Shown one piece after another: positions 18,069 through 26,946 of a DNA stretch of 64,000 nt. The notes under the pieces were generated by a model, which did not search any database, was not told where the DNA came from, and was given only the letters and a program-made list of their open reading frames with translations. A program made the translations under genes and the position numbers. The DNA lies in NCBI GenBank assembly GCA_031550325.1, contig JAVBOR010000030.1, forward strand, positions 11,309 through 75,308, in the 5' to 3' direction. Source of the DNA: Oscillospiraceae bacterium. Lineage in GTDB: Bacteria > Bacillota > Clostridia > Oscillospirales > UBA929. The stretch's first letter is position 1. Every line of letters begins with the position of its first letter.

Positions 18069-18634
18069 AAAAGCTGGCCCTTGCACTGATGCTGCTTATT
18101 TTGCTCACGGCATGCGGGCAGAAGGAAGGCGAGTCCTCCGAAGATATTCGGGACTACTACCGTTCGCTAGAGCATATCGAGATGACCGTCACGCAGCGCA
18201 CCGACTTCGGCGACCGCGTGCTGGACTTTGAGGTGCTGTACAAATGGCAAAAGGACGGCGCGTGTACGATAGAGACGCTGTCTCCGCAGGCCATTCGCGG
18301 GCTGACGGCCACGCTGAGGGACGATGGCGCGACGCTGGCGTTTGATCAGACCATCGTCGAGCTCGGCGCGCTTCCCGGAACGGGCCTGTCCCCGCTGGAG
18401 GCACTGCCGCTGATGATCGGGCAGTGGAGCGACGGGTACGTCTCGTCGAGCGGCCGGGAAAAGCTGGCCGAGCAGCCGTGTCTGCGCTATACATACAAGA
18501 CCACGTGGAATGAGACTGCGCTCGAGCAGACCGTGTGGTTTGCGCAGGACAGCCGCGCGCCCGTCCTGGCCGAACTTGCGGCCGACGGGCAGGTGATCGT
18601 GCGATGCACGTTTTCCGGAGTAAACCTGACTTGA
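18065..18634 (+). CDS. Lipoprotein, YdcC/LolA-like
   Basis: Lipobox LLTAC|GQ; located between the acpS block and alr as ydcC is in Bacillus subtilis (synteny argument from memory). Confidence 0.5.
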   Translation: MKKLALALMLLILLTACGQKEGESSEDIRDYYRSLEHIEMTVTQRTDFGDRVLDFEVLYKWQKDGACTIETLSPQAIRGLTATLRDDGATLAFDQTIVELGALPGTGLSPLEALPLMIGQWSDGYVSSSGREKLAEQPCLRYTYKTTWNETALEQTVWFAQDSRAPVLAELAADGQVIVRCTFSGVNLT

Positions 18635-18674
18635 CGCCGCGCGCGTTTCAAACGATAGAGTAAGGAGAGCCCTT

Positions 18675-19766
18675 ATGGTCAAAAAGGCACGAACCTGGGC
18701 GGAGATTTCGCTCGACGCGCTCTCGGGCAACTATAAAGCCGTGAAGGCCATCACCGATAAGCGTATTATGGCGGTTGTGAAGGCCGACGCCTACGGGCAT
18801 GGCGCGACGCCGATCGCCCGGCGGCTTGAAGAGGAACAGGTGGATTTTCTGGCCGTGGCCACCGCCGAGGAGGCCGTGGCGCTGCACGGCGGCGGCGTGA
18901 CAACCCCGCTGCTGGTGCTGGGGTATGTACCGCCCGATCTGGTGGCCGAAATGGCCGAGAGGGACGTGCGCCTCGCGCTGTTTGATTTCGAGCAGGCCAA
19001 GGCCGTTTCCGGCGCCGTTGGGCGCAGGCCTGTCAAGGTGCATGTGAAGGTTGACACCGGAATGTCGCGGCTGGGCTTTTTGTCGCTGGAGGAGTTGGAG
19101 GCCGCCTGCCGGCTGCCCGGCTTTGTTCCGGAGGGAATTTTTACCCATCTGGCCACGGCGGATCTCCCCGGAGACGGCTTTGTCTCGGTGCAGGCAGCCG
19201 CTTTTACGGGGATTATTGAGGGATTGCGGGCAAAAGGTCTTGAATTTGAGATTATCCATTGCGCAAACAGCGGGGGTGTGATAAACTATAATGAAGTTCC
19301 GGGGAACATGGCCCGCACGGGGCTTCTGCTTTATGGATGCAGCCCGTCCGGCGCTGGTTTTCCGGCGCTTACGCCCGTGATGCGCTTCTGCGCCACCGTG
19401 GCGCAGGTGAAGCGTCTTCACCGGGGCGACACTGTCAGCTATGGCCGCACCTTCACCGTCGGCGAGGGCGCCTCTGTCGCGGTTTTAACCTGCGGGTATG
19501 CAGACGGCTATCACCGCGCGCTTTCCAACCGCGCGGACGTGCTGCTCAACGGCTGCCGCGCGCCTATTCGCGGCAACATCTGCATGGATATGATGATCGT
19601 CGACGCGACGGGATGCCCCAACGCAAGGTCGGGCGACACCGCGGTTCTGTTCGGCCGCGACGGCGGTCTTACGCTACCTGTGGACGAGCTTGCGGGCCGG
19701 GCCGGGACGATTTCCTACGAGCTTTTGTGTTCGGTCAGCGCACGCGTACCGCGTTTTTATGTGTGA
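18675..19766 (+). CDS. alr: Alanine racemase
   Basis: AVVKADAYGHG PLP-lysine motif, 363 aa, C-terminal SYELLC...RVPR.Y. Confidence 0.9.
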   Translation: MVKKARTWAEISLDALSGNYKAVKAITDKRIMAVVKADAYGHGATPIARRLEEEQVDFLAVATAEEAVALHGGGVTTPLLVLGYVPPDLVAEMAERDVRLALFDFEQAKAVSGAVGRRPVKVHVKVDTGMSRLGFLSLEELEAACRLPGFVPEGIFTHLATADLPGDGFVSVQAAAFTGIIEGLRAKGLEFEIIHCANSGGVINYNEVPGNMARTGLLLYGCSPSGAGFPALTPVMRFCATVAQVKRLHRGDTVSYGRTFTVGEGASVAVLTCGYADGYHRALSNRADVLLNGCRAPIRGNICMDMMIVDATGCPNARSGDTAVLFGRDGGLTLPVDELAGRAGTISYELLCSVSARVPRFYV

Positions 19767-19857
19767 CGGCAAGCGCCGTGCGCGTATAAAATAATCCCTC
19801 TTGTGGGACAATGTTAGTGCTGGTAACAGCCAAGCATTGAACATAAGAGGTGCGACT

Positions 19858-20268
19858 ATGGATTCCAGTACGAGCATTCGATTGGGCTCTGAAGCGCTGG
19901 CCGAGACCCGTCAGGAGACGACCGTCCGGCGCGGCGACATTTACTACGCGGATCTCAGCCCGGTGGTCGGCAGCGAGCAGGGCGGCATGCGCCCGGTTCT
20001 CATCGTGCAAAACAATGTGGGCAACCGCCACAGCCCAACCGTCATCGCGGCGGCCATCACCTCGCAGATCGGCAAGGCGCGGCTGCCGACACATATTGAG
20101 TTGTCGGCACGGACATATGGGTTGTCGCGGGACTCGGTCGTTCTGCTGGAGCAGGTGCGGACGATTGACAAGAAGAGACTGAAGGAGCGCATGGGGCGGC
20201 TGGACGAGCAGTTGATGCAGCAGGTGGATTCGGCGTTGGCGGTGAGTTTTGGATTGTCGGCCATGTGA
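19858..20268 (+). CDS. mazF: MazF/EndoA (PemK-family) mRNA interferase toxin with ~22-aa N-terminal extension
   Basis: [59 protein letters not shown]... closely resembles B. subtilis EndoA as I recall it; ATG 19858 preceded by an AAGAGG RBS. Confidence 0.85.
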   Translation: MDSSTSIRLGSEALAETRQETTVRRGDIYYADLSPVVGSEQGGMRPVLIVQNNVGNRHSPTVIAAAITSQIGKARLPTHIELSARTYGLSRDSVVLLEQVRTIDKKRLKERMGRLDEQLMQQVDSALAVSFGLSAM

Positions 20269-20358
20269 TACGGCGGCGCAAAGGATTGTTTTTTGACAGT
20301 TGGCGGCGCGGGCGGGAAGCCCGCTTACATAGAAATGGCGCACATAGGAGGGTTTTGT

Positions 20359-20994
20359 ATGGCACATAAGAGGGCGATCATTGGCACCCTGGCGTTTTTG
20401 CTGGTTGCGGTGCTGGCGGTGGGGTACTTTGCCCTTGCCGCCGAGATTGGCGGAAAGGACAACCCTTTGGTCACGCTGAGTTACCTCAGTGGCATTGAGC
20501 CGCAGCTGGAGGCCCAAATTGACCAGATGATCACTCAGCAGACCCAAAAGCAGGCCGATGAGCTGGACGCGAAATACGCGCAGGCGAAGGACTCGCTGCA
20601 GAAGATGATCGACGACTTCTCCGGCGCAAACGCCGGGGCCATCACGTCCGACCCCGCCTTCATGACGGCGGTCGTCAACGCGGTGCTGGCGCAGATGGAT
20701 CCGTCCGGTTCGAGCACGGGCACGCAGCCCGAGACCTTTAAGCGCGTCGACATTCCGAGCGGGAAGACCGTGACGCTGGGCATGGGCAGCATGGCCTTTC
20801 TGCGCAGCGGGGCCGCGAAATGTTATTCAACCGGTTCGCCCGGCCTGATCAATCTGAGCGATGGAACGGCGCTTGAAAACAACAGCGCGCTGGTGAAGAA
20901 CAACCTGTATTCCGTGACGTTTGACAGCGGACGCGGCTTTAAGACTTCCGAGGCTTCCATCGTATTCATCCTTGGTTCGTACTCCATCCAGTAA
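20359..20994 (+). CDS. Hypothetical membrane-anchored protein
   Basis: Start at MAHKRAIIGTLAFLLVAVLAVGYF (TAGGAGGG RBS); N-terminal TM, helical Q/D/K-rich segment, beta-rich C-terminus; no family recognised. Confidence 0.5.
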   Translation: MAHKRAIIGTLAFLLVAVLAVGYFALAAEIGGKDNPLVTLSYLSGIEPQLEAQIDQMITQQTQKQADELDAKYAQAKDSLQKMIDDFSGANAGAITSDPAFMTAVVNAVLAQMDPSGSSTGTQPETFKRVDIPSGKTVTLGMGSMAFLRSGAAKCYSTGSPGLINLSDGTALENNSALVKNNLYSVTFDSGRGFKTSEASIVFILGSYSIQ

Positions 20995-21011
20995 TATTGG
21001 GAGGTTTGGCA

Positions 21012-21944
21012 ATGGCGAAAGCATCTGAGGCGGAAATTCTTCTGGAAAGCGGCACCAATGAATTGGGAATCATGGAATTTACCATCGCGGGCAACATTTT
21101 TGGCATCAACGTCGCCAAGGTCACCGAGATCATGATGTATTCCCCCGTCAGGCCCATGCCCAACTCGCATCCGAACATCGAGGGCGTTTTCAAGCCCCGT
21201 GACGCGATCATCACCGTCATTGATCTGGCCTCCTTTATGGGGCTGCCGCCCTCCGAGAACACCGACCGAGACATGTTTATCATCACAGGCTTTAACAAGA
21301 TGAGCGTCGCGTTCCACGTGCACACGGTCGAGGGCATCCACAGGGTATCCTGGGCCAACATTGAAAAACCGGACAACACCATTTACGGCGGGCAGGAGGG
21401 CCTGGCCACCGGCATCGCCAAAGTGGGGGACAAGCTGATCACCATTGTGGATTTCGAGAAGATTGTGTTCGATATCAGCCCGCAGAGCGGCATTCAGATG
21501 TCTGAGATCAAGGATCTCGGCCCGCGCGAGCGTAGCGAAAAGCCGATTTTTGTGGCAGAGGATTCGCAGCTGCTCAAGCGAATGATTCTCGAAGCGCTGC
21601 ATGAGTCCGGATACGCAAATGTATCGGCGTTTCCCAACGGCGAGGACGCCTGGGTCCGGCTGCAGGAGGTCAGACAGCGCACCATGGCCGGGACGCCGCT
21701 GGAGTCACAGGTGGCCTGCCTGATCACCGACATAGAGATGCCCAAAATGGACGGGCACCGGCTGACAAAGCTCGTCAAAGAGGACGCCATCTTGCAGAAT
21801 ATCCCCGTGGTCATCTTCTCTTCGCTGATTGATGAGGCTATGCGCGTCAAGGGCGAGGCTCTCGGCGCCGACGCCCAGCTGTCCAAGCCCGAAATCGGCA
21901 ACCTTGTGTCTATGGTTGACCGCTGGACGCAGAAAAAAGACTGA
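21012..21944 (+). CDS. cheV: Chemotaxis protein CheV (CheW-like domain plus receiver domain)
   Basis: CheW-like N-terminus (GINVAKVTEIM...VFKPRDAIITVIDL), C-terminal REC (IFVAEDS..., ITDIEMPKMDG, LSKP); GGGAGG RBS before ATG 21012. Confidence 0.8.
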   Translation: MAKASEAEILLESGTNELGIMEFTIAGNIFGINVAKVTEIMMYSPVRPMPNSHPNIEGVFKPRDAIITVIDLASFMGLPPSENTDRDMFIITGFNKMSVAFHVHTVEGIHRVSWANIEKPDNTIYGGQEGLATGIAKVGDKLITIVDFEKIVFDISPQSGIQMSEIKDLGPRERSEKPIFVAEDSQLLKRMILEALHESGYANVSAFPNGEDAWVRLQEVRQRTMAGTPLESQVACLITDIEMPKMDGHRLTKLVKEDAILQNIPVVIFSSLIDEAMRVKGEALGADAQLSKPEIGNLVSMVDRWTQKKD

Positions 21945-22069
21945 CAGCACATTCACGCGGCTTCGCTGAAAGTAGACCCAAACGGGGACTTTTCCGGGCC
22001 TTCGCTTGATGTGGAGGTCCGATTGTTTTTCTCCTCAGAAGGAGAGAGTTAGAGAAAGAGGTGTTTTTA

Positions 22070-23410
22070 TTGAAAAAAAGAGTGTTGTCCCTTGGCCTTG
22101 CGCTGGTGCTGCTGTGCGGACTGTTCGCGCAGACTGCCCTTGCGCTCGGCGTGCAGGCCGAAAAAGCCAAGGCCGTGCAATGGGCCACGGCCCATCCTCA
22201 GACAGCCGGCCTGGGCGATGTCCTCGCGCGGTACTCCCTCGGCATTTCGGGCGTTTCTATTCCCGCGGAGAGCGCTGCCGGAACGGTGACCGCCCTGGCG
22301 TCCAACATTCTCCTGCGCCTGGTGGCCGACAAAAGCGTCGGACAGCTCGCGTATGATCTGGCGATGAAGCAGCTGCCCAATGGCAGTTTTGGGGACGGTC
22401 TCACCGACACGGTCTACGCCGTTCTGGCGCTGAACAAGACGCTGCCCGCCCGCTTTGACTTTGAGAAGGCGCAGGCGTGGATCGCTGCCCAGCAGCTGGC
22501 CGACGGCGGCTTTGCCTACTCCGGCAGCACGGGAGACATCGACATGACCGCCATGGCCCTGCTCGTCTATGAGGGCGACAACACGGGCAAGGCCATCAAC
22601 TTTCTCCAGCGGCAGATGACCGCAAACGGCGGCTACATATCCCCCTGGTCCCCCAAAAAGGAAGAAAACGCATGCTCCGTGGCCACGGTGATTACCGGGC
22701 TGCTGGCGTGCGGCGCGGTGGTTGACGACAAGATGATCGCCAATATGCTCTCGTTCCAGCTGGCCGACGGGTCCTTCTGCTACCAGCTGTCGGACAAGAC
22801 AACAGACGCGTTTGCCACCCAGCAGTGCCTGCTCGCGCTCGGAGAGTTGAGCGCGCAGGAGAGCGTGTACACGCGCATCCCCGCCGCCGAGCTTCCGCTT
22901 TACCGCGACTGGCCGTCGATTGCCGTCTGGGCGCGCTCGGGCGTGACGACCTGCTTTGAGACGGCGCTCATGGTGGGCGACAACCGGCTCAACTACAACC
23001 CGATGCAAAACTTCAACAAGGCGGAGCTTGCCGTGATCATCTCCAAGTTTCTGCCTGAAAATGCCCCGGCAACCGATCCCGGCCTGAAGGACGTCGCGCC
23101 CGGAGCCTGGTACTACACCCATGTCTGCCGCGCCATTGCCGCCGGAGTGCTCAGCGGAAGCGGCGGGCTGTTCCGGCCCGACGTCGCCGTCACGCGCGAG
23201 GAAGTCGCCTACGCCCTGACAAAGCAACTCTCGCTCGCGCCCGGCCCGAAAAAACCAGACGACATCGGCTTGGCCAACCCGGCCTATGTGGACGCCATCA
23301 CGGCTGTGATGGCTGAGAATCTCATGGTGGGCGACGGCAAGACTTTCCGGCCCAAGGAACTGATTACGCGGCAGGAGGTTGCCACTGTCTTTGCCAAACT
23401 GTATGATTAA
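22070..23410 (+). CDS. Secreted prenyltransferase/terpenoid-cyclase-like alpha-alpha barrel repeat protein with three C-terminal SLH domains
   Basis: Signal peptide LKKRVLSLGLALVLLCGLFAQTALA; repeats QLPNGSFGD, QQLADGGFAY, QMTANGGYIS, FQLADGSFCY; C-terminal SLH-like units ending ..TREEVAYAL, ..TRQEVATVFAKLY. TTG 22070 favoured over GTG 22061 by RBS spacing. Confidence 0.7.
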   Translation: MKKRVLSLGLALVLLCGLFAQTALALGVQAEKAKAVQWATAHPQTAGLGDVLARYSLGISGVSIPAESAAGTVTALASNILLRLVADKSVGQLAYDLAMKQLPNGSFGDGLTDTVYAVLALNKTLPARFDFEKAQAWIAAQQLADGGFAYSGSTGDIDMTAMALLVYEGDNTGKAINFLQRQMTANGGYISPWSPKKEENACSVATVITGLLACGAVVDDKMIANMLSFQLADGSFCYQLSDKTTDAFATQQCLLALGELSAQESVYTRIPAAELPLYRDWPSIAVWARSGVTTCFETALMVGDNRLNYNPMQNFNKAELAVIISKFLPENAPATDPGLKDVAPGAWYYTHVCRAIAAGVLSGSGGLFRPDVAVTREEVAYALTKQLSLAPGPKKPDDIGLANPAYVDAITAVMAENLMVGDGKTFRPKELITRQEVATVFAKLYD

Positions 23411-24071
23411 GCGCCTGATACTGCTTGTCTTTGTGCTTTTATGGCTGACGGCGTGCGCATCTTCCCCCTCTGCGCCGAGCGGCCAAAATAAAACAGGCGA
23501 CGTTTCGACGTCGCCTGTTTTGGTCGTACCCGCACCCTCCGTACCGCAGATAGAGCAGTCCTCTGTGCCGACTGAAAACGCGACAGGTGAGAAAGAATCG
23601 CCGCCTCCGGGAGCAGCCTCTCAGGCGCCGCCCTCACCGTCTCCGTCTCCGTCGTCCGTTCGGCCGTCGGCCTCGCCGACTCAGACGCCGACAGCGGCCC
23701 TGTCCCCCAGCCCGGCGGCCGCTTCGGAGCAGCCGGCGCATGTTCTGGTCAAGATCGAAGGGCCGGAGGGGTGGCTGATCGAGGGCGCGACGGTCGCCTG
23801 GACGCAGGACATGACCGCGTATGACGCCATTTTGGAGGCCTGTACGCAGGCCGAGGTGGAGCTTGTCACCACCGGAAGCGGGTCGTATGTCTATATTTCC
23901 TCGGTGGGCGGCTTTGCCGAAAAGAGCGACGGAGTGCTCTCCGGCTGGATTTTTAAGTTCAACGGCGAAATGGCCTCCAAGGGCTGCGGCGCGGTCAAAC
24001 TCGAGGAAAACGACCGTGTCAGCGTGTATTTCACCCGAGATCTGGGCATCGACTGCGCCGACAAGGACTAG
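23403..24071 (+). CDS. Lipoprotein with Pro/Ser-rich linker and C-terminal DUF4430 (transcobalamin-like beta) domain
   Basis: Lipobox LWLTAC|AS; start overlaps the upstream stop; C-terminal ...ISSVGGFAEKSDGVLSGWIFKFNGEMASKGCGAVKLEENDRVSVYF matches my memory of DUF4430. Confidence 0.65.
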   Translation: MIKRLILLVFVLLWLTACASSPSAPSGQNKTGDVSTSPVLVVPAPSVPQIEQSSVPTENATGEKESPPPGAASQAPPSPSPSPSSVRPSASPTQTPTAALSPSPAAASEQPAHVLVKIEGPEGWLIEGATVAWTQDMTAYDAILEACTQAEVELVTTGSGSYVYISSVGGFAEKSDGVLSGWIFKFNGEMASKGCGAVKLEENDRVSVYFTRDLGIDCADKD

Positions 24072-24090
24072 GGAAGGGCGGGCCATGGCC

Positions 24091-25416
24091 TCAGCCCTTT
24101 TCCAGCTTTCGGCCGACGGTGGAGATCACGACGACGCCTACCAGCATGACGGCGGCGGTCAAAAGCATCAAAAGCTGCTTGTTGCCGAAGGCAAAGCCCA
24201 GCACGGTCACGGTTCCGGCCGCGCCGACGAACGCGCGCCCGCAGAACACGCCGAGAAGCGCCGCCAGATTGCTGGCCGCGGCAAAAAAACCGATATACAC
24301 GGTCTGGTTTTGGGCGGGGATGTTCATATAGGGGAGATTTGCCAGCGCTAGCTGTACGCCGGGCAAAATTAAAAAGGCAAAAATCATGGTCACGGGATAG
24401 AGCGCGATGGACGAGGGCGAAACAAAGGCCAGCCCGATATAGTGGAGCAGAAAGACCGCCATGGCGACCGCCAGCGTTTTGGTCCAGGAGTTCCGGTCAA
24501 TTCTTCGCCGCCAGAGCGGCATGATGAACAGGATGATCGGAATGTTGGCCAGCCCTACGCTGTTGAGGAAGGAATAGCTCACGCCCATGTCGCGGAGCAT
24601 GTATATGGTGTAATACGGTCCGGGCAGGTTAAACGCGAAGCTCCAACAAAATGACATCAGCGTCGTGATGAGATATTTGGGCTCCCGCAACGGGAGCAGC
24701 AGCAGGTCGCGCAGCCTGATGCGCCGCGCCGCGGGCGCTGTAGGGTATTCCTTGACCCGCAGCAGGAAGAAAAAGTCCACCGCCACCATCACAAGCGCGA
24801 TGCCGCGCAATACGATCAGGCCGGTCAATTCGCTGCCGCGCGCCCTGAAGAGGTCGACAAGCTGGCTGCCCAGAAAAATGGAAAGGTACACAAACGCGCC
24901 GCTGGTTGCGTTGAGCAACGCAAAAAACCTCGCCCGCACCGAGTCCGGCACGCTTTTGATGTGCCAAACCATCAGGCCGGGCGTGGCCAGCGCCGAGATG
25001 ATGTTAAAGGCCAGCAGCGCCGACAGGATCAGCATGAGCTTGACCGACTGCTCGAGCGGGAGCAGCGCCGAGACGCCGACGAGAACCACGTTGATCAGCG
25101 CCCCGCCGACGCGGCACGCGATCAGAAGTGTTTTTCTGCGCTCAAACCGCTCCAGCAGAAGCGGCGCAAAGATCTGAAAGAGGTTGCCCAAAAAGCCGAT
25201 CATCGAGATCACGCCCATGAAGGCGTTGTCGGCCCCAAGCAGGAGGAGCAGCCCCGTGATAAAGCTGCCGCCGACCAGATTGACAGAAACGCCCGACGCA
25301 TTGTTGGCGACAATGACGCGCCGCCTGTTTACCGCCAGCTCGTCCGGCTCAACGCGGAAAGCGCCCAGACGGGACAGCCTGCGCCAAAGGGCTGAAAAAA
25401 ACGTAGACATGGCCAC
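24091..25416 (-). CDS. MFS-type transporter
   Basis: 441 aa, about 12 hydrophobic segments, basic loop motifs (LLERFERRK) typical of MFS loop 2-3. Confidence 0.7.
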   Translation of the reverse strand: MAMSTFFSALWRRLSRLGAFRVEPDELAVNRRRVIVANNASGVSVNLVGGSFITGLLLLLGADNAFMGVISMIGFLGNLFQIFAPLLLERFERRKTLLIACRVGGALINVVLVGVSALLPLEQSVKLMLILSALLAFNIISALATPGLMVWHIKSVPDSVRARFFALLNATSGAFVYLSIFLGSQLVDLFRARGSELTGLIVLRGIALVMVAVDFFFLLRVKEYPTAPAARRIRLRDLLLLPLREPKYLITTLMSFCWSFAFNLPGPYYTIYMLRDMGVSYSFLNSVGLANIPIILFIMPLWRRRIDRNSWTKTLAVAMAVFLLHYIGLAFVSPSSIALYPVTMIFAFLILPGVQLALANLPYMNIPAQNQTVYIGFFAAASNLAALLGVFCGRAFVGAAGTVTVLGFAFGNKQLLMLLTAAVMLVGVVVISTVGRKLEKG

Positions 25417-25494
25417 CTCCTGCCAATGTTGGGCTATGTACGTTCGGCGCGTGATAGAGAGGCGGTGACGGCGCCTGCCCCAAAACCCGTAAAG

Positions 25495-26058
25495 CTAATA
25501 CGCAATGGTTTGGCCATGCGGCCGTCCCGCGGCCATGGCCCGCGCCGCCGCAGTGGCGGCCGCCCGCTTGTAGTCGTTGTTCCAGCGGTTTACGCCGATG
25601 ATGTCATAGGGGAGCGCGCCGGTGTGCCGGCAAAGCCGGTCCATTTGCTCCAGACAGCTGAGCAGCCCGTTGCCGGTGCCGCCGGCACAGGCCACGAGCA
25701 AAACGGGCTTGCCGGACAGCGCGCCGCTCTGGCCGAACGAACAGCGGCGGAGCTTATCTGTAAAGCTTTTCAGGGATTCCTCCATTTCGCCCCAGTAAAC
25801 GGGCGTGATCAGACAGAGCGCGTCTGCGCGCCCAATGTGCTCGAGCGCCTCGTTAAAGCCGTCCGAGCCAAAGGCGCAGCAGTGTTGATCCCGGCATATG
25901 CCCCAACCGTCGCCGCAGACGCGGCAGCGCGCCAGCTGGTCCACATGCAGAATATCCACAGCGGCGCCGGCCTCCATGGCGCCGCGCGCCACGGCGTGCG
26001 TGACGGCATAACACAGACCGTCCGACTTTGGGTTGCCTGTGACACATAAATAGTTCAC
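25495..26058 (-). CDS. Flavodoxin-like fold NAD(P)H-dependent FMN reductase / iron-sulfur flavoprotein-like
   Basis: 187 aa; N-terminal GNPKSDG, ITPVYWGEM motif, Cys cluster CRVCGDGWGIC. Confidence 0.6.
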   Translation of the reverse strand: MNYLCVTGNPKSDGLCYAVTHAVARGAMEAGAAVDILHVDQLARCRVCGDGWGICRDQHCCAFGSDGFNEALEHIGRADALCLITPVYWGEMEESLKSFTDKLRRCSFGQSGALSGKPVLLVACAGGTGNGLLSCLEQMDRLCRHTGALPYDIIGVNRWNNDYKRAAATAAARAMAAGRPHGQTIAY

Positions 26059-26666
26059 CGTTCGGACTCCTCCAACGCGCTTTGCATGGCCTTGAGCGTG
26101 CGTTCCAGCAGGGTGTCCAGCTCGATGCCCAGCATGTCGGCGCCCGCCTGGATGACGCTGCGGGAGCAGCCGGCCGCAAAGCTCAGATTTTTATACTTCT
26201 TTCGAAGCGACGCAAGTTCCATGTCACAGACGCTGCGCGAGGGCCGCATGAGCGCCGCCGCGCCGATCAGCCCGGTCAGCTCATCCACGGCATACAGCAC
26301 CTTTTCCATGACGGATTCAGGCCGGATATCCACGAAAAGGCCATAACCGTGGCTGGCGCAGGCGCGCACGATGAGCTCGTCAACGCCGTGCTCACGCAAA
26401 ATGGCTTGCGTCCTGACGCAATGCTCGTCGGGGAACCGCTCGAAGTCGAGGTCGTGCAAAAGTCCGACGACCGCCCAGAGTGCCTCGTCCTCTCCGAGAT
26501 CACGCGCCCACCAGCGCATCACGCTCTCCACGGTTTGGGCGTGCCGCAGCAGAAAATCCTCCTGCGTATACTCTTTAAGCAGCGCCATGGCCTGCGCGCG
26601 GGAGGGAATCATGGGCCAACCTTCTTTCATAATGGCGTTCAGACTGTCAAAAAAGCTCCCTCGCAC
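26055..26666 (-). CDS. HD-domain metal-dependent phosphohydrolase
   Basis: LLHDLDFE HD motif, HA..VE..M; alternative starts at 26630 or 26612 (MIPSRAQAMALL) are equally plausible. Confidence 0.75.
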   Translation of the reverse strand: MRGSFFDSLNAIMKEGWPMIPSRAQAMALLKEYTQEDFLLRHAQTVESVMRWWARDLGEDEALWAVVGLLHDLDFERFPDEHCVRTQAILREHGVDELIVRACASHGYGLFVDIRPESVMEKVLYAVDELTGLIGAAALMRPSRSVCDMELASLRKKYKNLSFAAGCSRSVIQAGADMLGIELDTLLERTLKAMQSALEESER

Positions 26667-26946
26667 TCCCGCAAACCGCTTCAGCGGGTTGATCCGCTCC
26701 CCGGCTTTGTCAAAGATCCGAAGGGGTTAAGGCAAGCCGGCGCATTCAAGCGCCTTTCGCAGTTTTAGTATAGCACCCCGCATGGGCTAAGGCAAGACGG
26801 TTGTTTTCCATGTAAAGCCGGCGCGTGTACACGCTCTATTATGAATTGACGTGGCCTCTTTGGCTTGGTATAATAATGCGCGTACGCGGCCCGCGGTGAG
26901 AAACGTTGCGCTTCGGGCGAAATGAAGAACCGGGAGGGGGGAGACC

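Noticed and set aside
19767-19857. Hidden mazE/ndoAI antitoxin ORF between alr and mazF, or overlapping the mazF 5' end (e.g. ORF 19850-20182).
   Set aside because: The gap is 91 nt with stops in all frames. The overlapping 110-aa ORF is an Arg/Ser/Ala-rich shadow frame without an RBS or any RHH/AbrB-like features.
21945-22069. Cobalamin riboswitch upstream of the transcobalamin-like gene pair.
   Set aside because: No B12-box (GCCACTG-like) or the extended multi-stem structure is seen in the 125-nt gap, so the corrinoid hypothesis rests on protein architecture only.
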